18,590 nucleotides of DNA from Octopus sinensis (Eukaryota), in assembly GCF_006345805.1 (NCBI RefSeq), contig NW_021824566.1:1-18590 (forward strand). The letters run 5' to 3'. Positions 1 through 10,712 of this stretch are shown here, in pieces. Each line of letters starts with the position of its first letter. The first letter of the stretch is position 1. A program made the position numbers and the translations under genes. Below the pieces are notes generated by a model. That model was not told the origin of the DNA. It worked only from the letters and a program-made list of their open reading frames with translations, and did not search any database.

Positions 1-1345
1 GGTCCTAGGTATCAAAGAATTCGTACCCTACAACACTGAATTCCGATAGCCAATCAACAGAAAGTTTGAGGGAGATTTCATACACTATTGAGATATTGAC
101 ACTGTATATAACTGTCAGCACTTTCAAATCTACTGTTGACAGGAGGGTAGCTTTTTATTCTTTGATTCTTGAAATCGTTCAGTTACAAGAAACTGGGATT
201 TCGTCTTTACTGAACCCTGTGATACTGGAAAGAGGTTCCCAATATGTATATCATTTTGCTGAAGTATGACAACATAGGGAGTACCGTAATTGTTTTAAAG
301 ACATTGCTGACATACACTTACTGGGTATTGTAAGTATACGGTACGCTAAGCATTTAAGTTTCTCTTGGAAATGTTTACGAATGGCATTACTTAGAAATTA
401 GAAAGTGAACAAATTATTAAGTGAGGTTAAATAATTATTTGGTATGGATACACAATGGCACAAAAGACATTTCTGTATACAGTAAGATTTTTGTGATAAT
501 TTGGATAAGGGTATTGATGTTGTTGTCACGTGACTTCCGTCAGATTCGGACAGTGATTTAACTAGGAACAAAAGCCGAGGAAATCCTTACTTGCCCGAAA
601 CCTTCATAGCTTCGGGCCAAAGTTAAACATATTCAAACAGTCAACAAACCTGACTTTTAATTATGCTGGAGATCGGCTCTTAGATAACTTCGCCCAAAAT
701 TTCTTACGAGATTGAGACGGAAGATTTCCTTATGCCAGTGCTAAAAGCACAAAAATTTGAGACTTGGAAAAATTACAACTTTTTATTTTAAGAGCTCTCA
801 GATCTGAAGACACTCTAATTTTCGCTGGCCACTAACATGTCTTGGAGACAGTCTCTCAAGAATAGTGAAGTTTAACTAACAAGTCCAAGGTTGTATCTTG
901 GTCAGCATTACGTTTCATATTTACCTATTGTGCCAAAGACACATATTTTATCCCCAAAGCATCAAACTACAAGCACAAAAAATCTTATATACTGCAGAGT
1001 TCTTGCTTTTATACAAAACATTTCTGTTACAGTTGCTCCTGTTTTATGGGGTGCAAATTAATTCGGAATTGCAAGAGAAAATAACAAGGGGAAAAACAAA
1101 GATAGCAAAGACTTATGTCTGGAATGAAAATCTCAATAAACACGACGCACAAAAGCTTCACACATCATAAAATACTGGAAGTTTAACTTCAGATCTGCTT
1201 ATTATTGCAAAAATATATAGAAATACAGTTGCGTAGAAAGAATAAGACATAAAAACCTGAAATACATTTAGTATTTAAGCTTCATAAAGTAGGTTTTGTA
1301 TACAGTGAGAAACCAGACGACAACTGGCACCGTCGAGAATTATAC

Positions 1346-1470
1346 GCATGTATGTATGTATGTATGTAGTATGTATGTATGTATGTATGTATGTATGTAT
1401 GTATGTATGTATGTATGTATGTATGTATGTGTGTGTGTATGTATGTATATATCTATGTACGTATGTAAGT
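1346..1470. repeat. (TATG)n microsatellite
   Basis: Direct reading: long run of tatg units followed by tg/ta variants. Confidence 0.97.
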
Positions 1471-1539
1471 TGTACATATATGTCTATATATACACAAATA
1501 AATACCTGTCTATCTAGCTGTCAAATCATTTTCTATCAC

Positions 1540-1599
1540 TTTCTATCTCTCTCTTTCTCTCTGTCTGTCTCTACCTGTCTATCTATCTATCCTTCAATG

Positions 1600-1641
<42 letters not shown>

Positions 1642-1689
1642 TATTTCTTTCTTTCTTTCTTTCTATCTATCTATCTATCTATCTATCTA

Positions 1690-1728
<39 letters not shown>

Positions 1729-1760
1729 GTAATATTATATATATATATATATATATATCA
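1540..1760. repeat. Compound microsatellite (CT)/(CTTT)n/(TATC)n/(TA)n
   Basis: Direct reading. Confidence 0.95.
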
Positions 1761-1835
1761 TACCATATCATATTAAAATCATCGTCAGGTACATGTTATT
1801 ATTGGCGTTGATATAAGTGGGATCGTAATAGAAGT

Positions 1836-1905
1836 TGTCGTCGTCGTAGTAGTAGTAGCGGCAGTAGTAGTAGTAATAGTAGTAGTAGTAGTAGTAGCCG
1901 TAATA

Positions 1906-1949
<44 letters not shown>

Positions 1950-1970
1950 TGATGATAATAATAATGATAA
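1836..1970. repeat. Compound trinucleotide repeat (GTC)/(GTA)n/(TAA)n/(GAT)
   Basis: Direct reading. Confidence 0.95.
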
Positions 1971-2059
1971 GTGAATAATGGTTTCTTGAAGATTACTAAT
2001 ATAATAACCTATCTAGCATGCATAAGATTACACATTCTTCTCTGTGTGCAAGCGAGTAT

Positions 2060-2142
2060 GTGTATCTACATATGTACACACACACCCATATAAATATATA
2101 CAAACATGTCCTTGTGCACATATATGCACCTACATATGTGTG

Positions 2143-2202
<60 letters not shown>

Positions 2203-2439
2203 ATATATATATACATGTAATTTTTATATACACACACATATAGGTAAGAATATATATATACAAGTGTATATAAATGCATATACATTGTAATCAGGTGTAA
2301 ATAACATACATTCATATTTGCGTGTGTGTGTGTGTATATATATATGCATCTCTATATATAGCAATATATATGTGTGTGTGTATCTTAATATGTGTTAATG
2401 TGTGTGTGAGTATGCACGTGTATATATACAATAATATAT

Positions 2440-2488
<49 letters not shown>

Positions 2489-2500
2489 CGACAAAATACA
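2060..2500. repeat. (TA)n/(TG)n/(CA)n low-complexity tract
   Basis: Direct reading; accounts for the Y/I/C/V-rich ORFs here. Confidence 0.92.
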
Positions 2501-2754
2501 TATAGACACATGGTTAATGTTGCACGCCAGTGACTAGCAGCAACTATTTCCGGTGAAAATCTCTCCTGGAAGATAAATAAATGAGATCGGTTTTGGAAGA
2601 AGGAATGTTAGTACAGAATTAATTTTCTATTTGCAGAGGGTATAGATAGCGTAAAGTTTTAGTGCTCATTGCGAAACACAGACCAGGTGCTGATTTCCCG
2701 GGAGATGAATATAAGGGGAGGAAATATTGTAAAATGGATTCCTACATTACATAC

Positions 2755-2759
2755 GTATG

Positions 2760-2790
<31 letters not shown>

Positions 2791-2814
2791 GTATTATATA
2801 TGTGTGTGTGTATG

Positions 2815-2845
<31 letters not shown>

Positions 2846-3160
2846 ATTTTGCATGTATATATATATAATACATATGTATACATTTATATATACGTATATT
2901 TATATGTATATATATACACATATATTTACATATTCATATTATATGCGTATATTTATAGATATGTATATATCCACATCTATCTCTCTCTGTGTATATATAT
3001 ATGTATATATATATATTCTATGTATATACATATATAATTTATACATATTAATATGTGCATATATATATATATATAAATATATATATATACATATATACAT
3101 GTATACATATAGAGCAGTGCATGCACACACGTGCTCGTACGCACACATACACTCACACAC
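2755..3160. repeat. Degenerate (TA)n/(CA)n tract
   Basis: Direct reading. Confidence 0.92.
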
Positions 3161-3442
3161 GTTTTTATTCATATTCACCCATGCTTAGATACGCAAATTA
3201 AGACAGAAAGAGGGTAAGTTCAAAGCAGTACGATTTGCAAACGACACACACAGACACACACATGCCCATATGCACGCTAATCCGTGCATGCGCATGCGTG
3301 CGTGCGTACGTGCATCTATTTGTGTAAGTGTGCCTCTGTGTATGTATATATATATATTCCTGTCTAAAACTTTTGCGTATTTGACACACGAAAACATGAA
3401 TAGAATGAACGACACCGATGCGTTCGCGACTCGTGATATTTC

Positions 3443-3530
3443 CTTTTCTTCTTCTTCTTCTTCTTCTTCTTCTTCTTCTTCTTCTTCTTCTTCTTCTCTT
3501 CTTCTATCTCTTCTCTTCTTCTTCTTCTTC
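3443..3530. repeat. (TTC)n microsatellite
   Basis: Direct reading; source of the poly-S, poly-E and poly-K ORFs. Confidence 0.97.
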
Positions 3531-3624
3531 TCATAAATAAATACATTTATAGATAGATATACGCATACACAGACATACGTATGTACGTTATATATAAATA
3601 TATTATGTACACACACACACACAT

Positions 3625-3679
<55 letters not shown>

Positions 3680-3696
3680 GATTTATAATTAGGCAC

Positions 3697-3865
3697 ATAT
3701 GTGTAATAAGTAGGTTGCTTACCACCAGATGTTTCCTGATTCAGTATGGTTCCGGGTTCATCCCACTGCGTGGCACCTTCGGGAGGAATCTCTTAGTATT
3801 GCCTCGGCCAACCAAAGCCTTGCGAATGGATTTGATAGGTGGAAACTGAAAGAAGACCGTCGTGC
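3697..3865 (+). mobile_element. tRNA-derived SINE family A, 5' half only, diverged
   Basis: Aligns by eye to the 5' half of the full-length copy at 12300-12460: tggttccgggttca.tcccactgcgtggcacc, ccaaagccttg, ggaaactgaaagaag.ccgtcgt. It ends in (TA)n. Confidence 0.85.
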
Positions 3866-3949
3866 ATATATATATAATATATATATATATATATTATATA
3901 ATATATATATATATTATATATATATATATATATAAATATATATATATAT

Positions 3950-4138
3950 AAGAAATGAGGTACTCAGAATTCGGATGGTTTTATATTTACAGATATTTAT
4001 TTGTGTATTACATATTTTTATACATCATATAATAGATCATGTATTAGCGCTAATACATGATCTAAGTCACATGATGTAATATACAAATAAATATCTGTAA
4101 ATATAAAACCATCCGAATTTCTGAGTACCTCATTTCTT
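3950..4138. mobile_element. Fold-back/MITE-like palindromic element
   Basis: The outer arms (about 64 bp, aagaaatgaggtactcagaa...tattacat vs atgtaata...ttctgagtacctcatttctt) differ by one indel and one mismatch. There is a perfect 32-bp central palindrome at 4033-4064. The left end abuts (TA)n. The palindrome is directly seen; the MITE label is inference. Confidence 0.7.
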
Positions 4139-4205
4139 CTAATGTAAAATACCTGTACATCATCTCCAAACCTTCGAATATATATATATATATATATGTT
4201 AATCT

Positions 4206-4362
4206 ATTCTTTTACTAAGTTACTCGTTTCAGTTATTTGACAACGGCCATGCTGCAGCACCGCATTTAGTCGAACAAATGGACCCCAGGACTTAAACAGA
4301 ACTTAAACAGAACTGCTGGCTTACGGGGATATAAACACACCAACATCAGTGTCAAGCGATGA
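4206..4362 (-). mobile_element. SINE family A, 3' half, internally deleted
   Basis: Reverse complement matches the 3' half of the 12300 copy: tttcagttatttgac, ggccatgctgcagcaccgc, tttagtcgaacaaat.gaccccaggactta, ttacgggga.ataaacacacc, gtcaagcgatg. It contains a short duplication of acttaaacaga. Confidence 0.85.
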
Positions 4363-4439
4363 TAGTTAGAGAAACACGAATGCATACATATATATGCATG
4401 TGTGTGTATGTGTGTATGTCTGTGTATACACAGACACTC

Positions 4440-4448
4440 ACACACATA

Positions 4449-4523
<75 letters not shown>

Positions 4524-4545
4524 ATCTATCTATTTATTTATATAG

Positions 4546-4615
<70 letters not shown>
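4440..4615. repeat. (TATC)n + (TA)n microsatellites
   Basis: Direct reading. Confidence 0.96.
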
Positions 4616-4616
<1 letters not shown>

Positions 4617-4780
4617 CACTACTTTGGAGTGATGTCTAATTCTACTACTCAGAGTTTCATGTAGGCCACACATCATATATCAAGTGTTTTTTGCTGTTTT
4701 ATACAATATAAAGAATTCATGAGCAATCATTCTTTCGATAAAAACTGTGAAAATATAATAAATATAAAATGATGCATATA

Positions 4781-4816
<36 letters not shown>

Positions 4817-5118
4817 AATGTCATTTTGTGTGTATGCGTGTGTGTGCGTCTGTTTGCGCACGCGTGTGTATGAGTGTTTGTGTGTGTGCACCTTTGTATA
4901 TATAGTGAATATCTAGAGCTATGTATACGTAGCCAATGTTTATGCATAAACCGTGTTGTCAGAGAAATTCTTTTCTTTCCGACGTTATTTGAATTAACAC
5001 ACACAAAAAAAATATTTTTATCGTAGTATTTTATGCTTTTTTATAGCTCTATTCTTTCCTCTATAACTTATGTTTATCTATTTTGAAATTTGAATAACTT
5101 TTACCTGTTTTCAGACAT

Positions 5119-6080
5119 ATAGACTTCTAGGTGGAAAAAAAAAACCCCAAAAAAACCCAAGCATTTACGATTCTTGATTCTTTTCGCTTTCAGACGAGGT
5201 TTCCAAGACGCCAAAGCCGCTCAAGAATTTTGTGTTGTGTACGGAGAAGTCAGTTTTACTGAAAAGTCTGAACAGAGTTGGTTTATACGCTTCAAGAAGG
5301 GGAAATTCAACCTCACAGATCCCCCGCGTTTCGGCAGACGTGTTCAGCTCAATGAGGATCAATTGAATAAACCCATTCTCGAGGATCCGCTCCAATCCAC
5401 GACGGAGTTGGCCCAAGAGATGGGGTGATGTCCTGATATTTTCCGACGTCACAATCGCTTGATTGGTAAGGTCCTAAAACTGATGCGTACGAGTCACACA
5501 CTCTAAACGGAAGGAACAAACTCCAACAATCCTTTACCGCCATCAGTTTACTTGCTCGGCGCCAGGCTAGGCGTGGGCGCAAACAGATTTATTCACAACA
5601 TCGTCACCGCTGATGAAAAATTGCATTGTTGCGTGTATATGAAGCAAAAGAAGCAACGGTTGAGTCCTGACATGAAAGCAACAACTTGAGCCTAACCAGA
5701 AATGCCTTCACGCAAGGCAAGTATCTGCGTTCGGCGGGATTACGAAGAGCTATACAAATAACTGGAAACCAACCACACAGTCAATGTAGAGACATACTTT
5801 TAGCAAATGCATTGGTTCAACGATGCAATTCAACTTACCCGGTGAGGCAACGTACTTTCTCAAGACGACAACGCTTGCCCTACCTCACCAATTGGTGCAT
5901 CCACTGTTCGTAACGCTTCTTTAACACAACCTGTTTCTGTCGCCCTCCCAAGGCGACTCCAAGGTGTTTCATTCCGCAAAGACGTTACACCGGGAACGTG
6001 ATTTGATGGATGCTTCAACTCAAGATCCGATGTTTTCTAACATTTGATTTGTGAGCAATGAAGAATATACGTTTGAGTGT
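5119..6080 (+). pseudogene. Decayed mariner (Tc1/mariner, DD34D-type) transposase
   Basis: Translated pieces follow mariner order. N-terminal HTH: KHLRFLILFAFRRG...WFIRFKKGKFNLTDPPRFGR...EDPLQSTTELAQEMG. Then IGKVLK..SHTL (WVPHEL region), RFIHNIVTADEK (first D at 5612), KQKKQRLSPD, DNA (second D at 5867), LPH..HNLFLS, LQGVSF...FDGCFNSRSDVF, VSNEEY. It has several stops and frameshifts, no start ATG, and a deletion after DNA. TIRs were not confidently located. Confidence 0.92.
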
Positions 6081-6779
6081 GCTTAAACTGTCGATGAAAA
6101 ATAAGGATTAAAATCAATAGACACAAAGGAAACAATACTGAACCGATGAGATCTGATAAAAACACAGAAACACACGCACGTACAAACGCGTAGTTATCTC
6201 GTTGCCTGTAGCTCTGCACTGGGTTTATCTCCAAACAATTTCAATTGCCGTTCAGATTAATTTTTGTTAATTATCTATTTTATTGAGAAACCTTAAATAA
6301 TTGTAGCTCGACATTGGTTTCTTTCTAAAAATTTTAAAAGCATTCATTTTAAAAAATGGAAACGTAAATTGTTTAGAGACATATTAAGTAGCCTGGATAG
6401 ATCATCTCCCTTAGTTAACTTCGCGTAATTAATGCGGATAATGTAACTGGATATGTGCCTATGAGTGGTTAACGGCGTGTCTTGATAAAAATACAACAGC
6501 AAAACAAACAACAAAATGATAATAATAAATACCTTGTGACATATATATTTGCGTAGAATAAGAAAACTGTGAATTATGTATTGTTTACAAACATAGACAA
6601 AAAAAAAAGGCATCTAAAACAAATATGCGACGAATAAATCATTTATTGTATAAAAAAATAATTTATAAAACATCGCTAAAAGCCAAACGAAATATTTCGA
6701 GACGATGTCACATGACCCGGCATTGATTCATGCTCCAGTCGCATTCACATTTTCCATAAATACATCTTAGCTTATTGAT

Positions 6780-6945
6780 ATATGTGTGTGTTTCTGTGTG
6801 TGCTTGTGAGTTAGTGTGTGTGTGAGCGTGTGCGTACGTGTGTGTGTTTGTGTGTTTACATATACACACACATATATTATGCATATATAAACAAATATAT
6901 ATAATTATTTGTGTTTGTACGCGCGTGTGTGTGTGTGTGGGGGGT
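6780..6945. repeat. Degenerate (TG)n tract
   Basis: Direct reading. Confidence 0.85.
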
Positions 6946-7100
6946 CTGTATAAATCTAAAATAGACAAAATATTTATCAAGTTACGTTTTACCCCTGTGT
7001 ATTTATAGTATATATGTATATATGTGTGTATACACATATAGAAAGATGAATAGTCATACAGACAAATGGATATATATATTTTTTTTCATTTTCATTTATT

Positions 7101-7482
7101 CATTTGTTTCAGTCATTTGACTGTGGCGATGCTGGAGCACCGCCTTTAGTCGAGCAAATCGACCCCAGGACTTATTTTTTGTTAGCCTAGTACTTATTCT
7201 ATTAGTCTCTTTTGCCGAACCGCTAAGTTACGGGGACGTAAACACACCAGCATCGGTTGTCAAGTGATATTGGGGGAGGGAGGCAAACACAACACACAAA
7301 TATACACGTATATATATACATATATACGACGGGCTTCTTTCAGTTTCCGTCTACAAAATCCACTCACAAGTCTTTGGTCGGCCCGGTGCTATAGCAGAAG
7401 ACACTTGCTCAAGGTGCCACACAGTGGGACTGAACCCGGAGCCATGTGGTTCGTAAGCAAGCTACTTACCACACATCCACTC
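7101..7482 (-). mobile_element. SINE family A, full length
   Basis: Reverse complement is collinear with 12300-12698. It has an A-box-like TGGATGTGTGG, a B-box-like GGTTCAGTCCC, an internal (TA)/(TG) spacer, and the 3' end cagtcaaatgactgaaac. Confidence 0.93.
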
Positions 7483-7499
7483 ATATATATATAAAAAGA

Positions 7500-7548
7500 G
7501 AGAGAGAGATAGATAGATTGATAGTGAGAGATATATATAGATAGATAA

Positions 7549-7580
<32 letters not shown>

Positions 7581-7600
7581 AGTGTCAGATAGATAGACAG
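7500..7600. repeat. (GA)/(GATA)n microsatellite
   Basis: Direct reading. Confidence 0.93.
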
Positions 7601-7624
7601 ATACACTACAACTTACGTACATCA

Positions 7625-7680
7625 ATACTCTTTTATTTTCAGTCAGGTGACCGCGGCTACGACGGGATGCTGATCTCACG
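7625..7680 (-). mobile_element. Possible very old fragment of the SINE family A 3' end
   Basis: ttttcagtcaggtgaccgcggc resembles tttcagtcatttgactgcggcc; the similarity fades quickly. Confidence 0.35.
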
Positions 7681-7799
7681 TTTTAACTCTATCATATCGA
7701 GTGCTCAGTACTGGCCGTTATACAATTTTTCTTCGACGAAAATGTATCGAACCACCATGTTTGAGGAATAGACTACCTAAGACAGAAACAACCACATAG

Positions 7800-7928
7800 A
7801 CGCATACACATATACATACAGATTTATACATATATATATATATAGACGCATATATCATACACACATGCACACATACACACCACACACACACATATACGCC
7901 ACGCACACACACACATATAATATATATG

Positions 7929-7960
<32 letters not shown>

Positions 7961-8021
7961 TACATACTATATATATATACATACATACGTATATATAAAC
8001 GAGAGAGAGAATGTGTATATA

Positions 8022-8067
<46 letters not shown>

Positions 8068-8125
8068 TTTGTATGTATGTATTTATGCTTGTATATATAT
8101 ATGTATATGAAAACACATGCATATA
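7800..8125. repeat. (CA)n/(TA)n low-complexity tract
   Basis: Direct reading. Confidence 0.92.
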
Positions 8126-8199
8126 TTTCCGCTCGGGTGTGTTGTTTACTTCACAGAATGACTTCTTATATCAACTCCGCACCTTGATTGGTCATAATT

Positions 8200-8790
8200 G
8201 CTGTTGACGGATCCCTACGATCTACTAGCATACCTTTCACTTGCAACTGCACCTTTTTCTTCGATTTGATGGTGCTGTTGTTGTTATTGCTTATTTTTGC
8301 TGGTGTTGTTGCTGTTCACTTCTTTTTATCTCAGCGATCTGACAACACGAAGGTATCGCAGGCCTTAACATTGTAACACGAATTGCCAACAAGTTCTGCC
8401 TCAGAATTTACTTTGTCATTCGCAGCTCTCTGGCAGCAGTTAATATTCGATTTGTGTGCATCTCAATGTCACGTTGCTGTAATTGTGTCTATGAGTCTCA
8501 GTACATCACGGATTATCTGCACGAATTATTCCGAGAGGTTACTGAAAGGCACATGTGAAATTTTAGTGCAACGATACAGAGCAATACTATTTAAATACCA
8601 AATCTACCGACGTCTTCTCCTCAAATAGTTACTGATCTTCAACAGAAGGTCCACAGTTCGATTTTTTGGTAAAGAGTAACAAGAGGCCACAAAATATTGT
8701 ACGAAAATGATATGTTTTTATATCAATACCCTAAAATGAACAGGTACTCCAGAATGTTCAACGTTCTTGAGGCAAGCCTTAAGGTAACTG
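8200..8790 (-). pseudogene. Probable decayed piggyBac-family transposase, C-terminal part
   Basis: Minus-strand fragments appear in piggyBac order across frameshifts. VASCYSLPKNRTVDLL (8693-8643) resembles SYxPKxxKxVxLLS. IALYRCTK resembles YNxTKGGVD. HMCLSVTSRNNSCR* resembles QMCSVMTCSRKTNRW. LRLIDTITA follows, then NRRKRCSCK (8266-8240) at the start of the Cys-rich tail. Matching was from memory of the family, not a search. No TTAA or TIR was found. Confidence 0.5.
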
Positions 8791-8880
8791 CTTTTCTGGG
8801 GATTGGACTTTTCTGCCTCTGTACATATATATCAATTTGTCGATCTAAACATCCATCCATATATGTATGTGTAATTCTTT

Positions 8881-9082
8881 TATTCTTATATTTCTTTCAG
8901 TCATTTGACTGCGGCCAGGCTGGAGCACCGCCTTTAGTCGAATAAATCGACCAAGGACTTATTCTTTGGGAAGCATAGTACTTTCTATAGTACTTCGGCC
9001 TATTTTGCCGAACTGCTAGGTTACGGGGACGTAAACACACCAACGTCGGTTGTCAAGCTATGGTGTGGGGCAAACACAGACA
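8881..9082 (-). mobile_element. SINE family A, 3' half (left arm of inverted pair)
   Basis: tttcagtcatttgactgcggcc...ggagcaccgcctttagtcga...ttacggggacgtaaacacacc...ggttgtcaagc; no tRNA head. Confidence 0.92.
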
Positions 9083-9144
9083 ATTACACACACGCACACA
9101 CACATATGTATGGATATATATTTGTGTATGAATATTTGTGTATG

Positions 9145-9345
9145 TGTCTGTGTTTGTCCACCGTCATCGCTTGACAAACCGATGTTGGGGTGTTTGTGTC
9201 CCCGTAACTTAGCGGTTCGGCAAAAGAGACCCGATAGAATAAGTAGTAGGCGTACACAGAATAAGTCCTGTGGGCGATCTGTTCGACTAAATGCAGTGCT
9301 CCAGCATGGCCGCAGTCAAATGACTGAAACAAGTTAAAGAATAAA
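9145..9345 (+). mobile_element. SINE family A, 3' half (right arm of inverted pair)
   Basis: catcgcttgacaaaccgatg...cccgtaacttagcggttcggcaaaagagac...gctccagcatggccgcagtcaaatgactgaaac; no tRNA head. Confidence 0.92.
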
Positions 9346-9354
9346 ATATATATA

Positions 9355-9407
<53 letters not shown>

Positions 9408-10338
9408 AGTCTTGCAACATATGAAACGAGATTTTAAAGTCTAGAACATAGGAATTTTTGTTTTATAAGACAAGAAAATAAAAATAAACAGTAAAATGTC
9501 TTTTAATCCACATGACAATAAAAAGAAACCCCGTTTACATTTTAGTTTTAAAAAATCCACGTTCGTCAAAGAAAACATGGAGATGTCTTCTAATGAAGAA
9601 AACAGCCAGTATTTTGGAATGTTTCTCTCTTTTGGAAGAGAATTTTGGAAATTATTTCTTCGCACTTAGTGGCTATTTCAGAATGACTACCAACAATCCA
9701 AGAATAATGTCAATATTACTTTTGTAATTCTATCATCTCGTATTAGAGAAACAAACACATGGTGATTTACCTAATCCTTCAACCAGCAGAAAGTCAGCTG
9801 CTAACCACACCAGGAACAATGTTTACGCAGTATGAGGTGTGGTATTCTAATTCCGCACAAACACACAGACAGACACACACAAATAACTAAAAATCAGTTC
9901 ATAGGAAAATATTTTTTATATAAATATAGATGCAGAGAACGTTTCCGTCTAGTTTCATGTTTCGTAGAAAAAAGAAAAAAGATAGAAATTTTGTGGAAGA
10001 CATTCAAACAGAATGCTTAATTAAGGCTTAATTTAATATAAGATATTTCGGTACAAATTTGTTTGAAAATAATGGTAGTATTTTTTGTGTGTGACCTTGT
10101 GATTCCATGGGACTATACTTGGTGGACATATTGTTTTCAAGGCGCATAACTGTGCAAGTATATTTTGTTTATTGAGGACTAGTAGTCACTCAACCGTCCC
10201 GATCTTTCCTCTTCACACAGCTGATGACAGCTGATGTCGTTCAGACAAAAGACAAGAAAGTAACAAATTTTGGAGCAAGTAAGAAGTTGCCATCTTAACG
10301 TACAAAGATCGAATCAATGTTATCAGACATTCTAGTTG

Positions 10339-10712
10339 AAGCGCAATGGCCCAGTGGCTAGGGAAGCGGACTCACGGTCGTAGGATCGCAGTTTTGGATT
10401 CCCAGACCGGGTGATGTATTTATTGTACGAAAATGCCTAAAGCAACACGATGCCCCAGCAGGGCTGATGGCAAACCCTGCTGTACTATTTCACCACAACC
10501 GTCTAGCACTCTTTCGTCCTGTTTCTGTTCTGCCTGTATTTCGAATGGCCAGCCTTGTCACACTCTGTGTCACGCTAAATCTACCCGAGAACTACGTTAA
10601 AAGGTACACGTGACTGTGGAGTGCTCAACCACTTGCACGTTACTTTCACGAGCTGGCTGTTCCGTTGATCGGATCAAATGGATCCCTCGTCGTCGTAACC
10701 AAAGGAGTGCCA
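10339..10712 (+). mobile_element. tRNA-derived SINE family B, full length
   Basis: tRNA-like head gcgcaatggcccagtggctagg... with A box TGGCCCAGTGG (10347-10357) and a degenerate B box (10391-10403). The body is collinear with 11674-11983 and ends gtcgtcgtaacc.a.ggagtgc. Confidence 0.9.

Noticed and set aside
191-240. NWDFVFTEPCDTGKRF as an SF3 helicase Walker A (parvoviral NS1-like endogenous virus)
   Set aside because: It lacks the Gxxxx-GK[ST] consensus, the frame has several stops, and I found no Walker B or motif C downstream.
3189-3213. 25-nt micro-exon between ttag and a strong GTAAGT donor
   Set aside because: Weak acceptor, length not a multiple of three, embedded in low-complexity DNA, no homology.
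1296-3660. Numerous Y/I/C/V/M-rich ORFs
   Set aside because: They are direct translations of (TA)n, (TG)n, (TATG)n and (TATC)n repeats.
4952-8349. 12-bp inverted match (4952-4963 vs 8338-8349) as mariner TIRs
   Set aside because: The right-hand match is more than 2 kb beyond the transposase end, lies inside another putative fossil, has no TA target duplication, and is short enough to be chance.
10219-10265. CTGATGA...GAAA as a hammerhead
   Set aside because: No stem II or stem III pairing; CTGATG arises from a 10-bp direct duplication (agctgatgac/agctgatgtc).
10339-10410. tRNA gene calls at SINE heads (also 12300-12360 and 7420-7482)
   Set aside because: They have A/B boxes but no complete cloverleaf, and each continues directly into a repeated SINE body.
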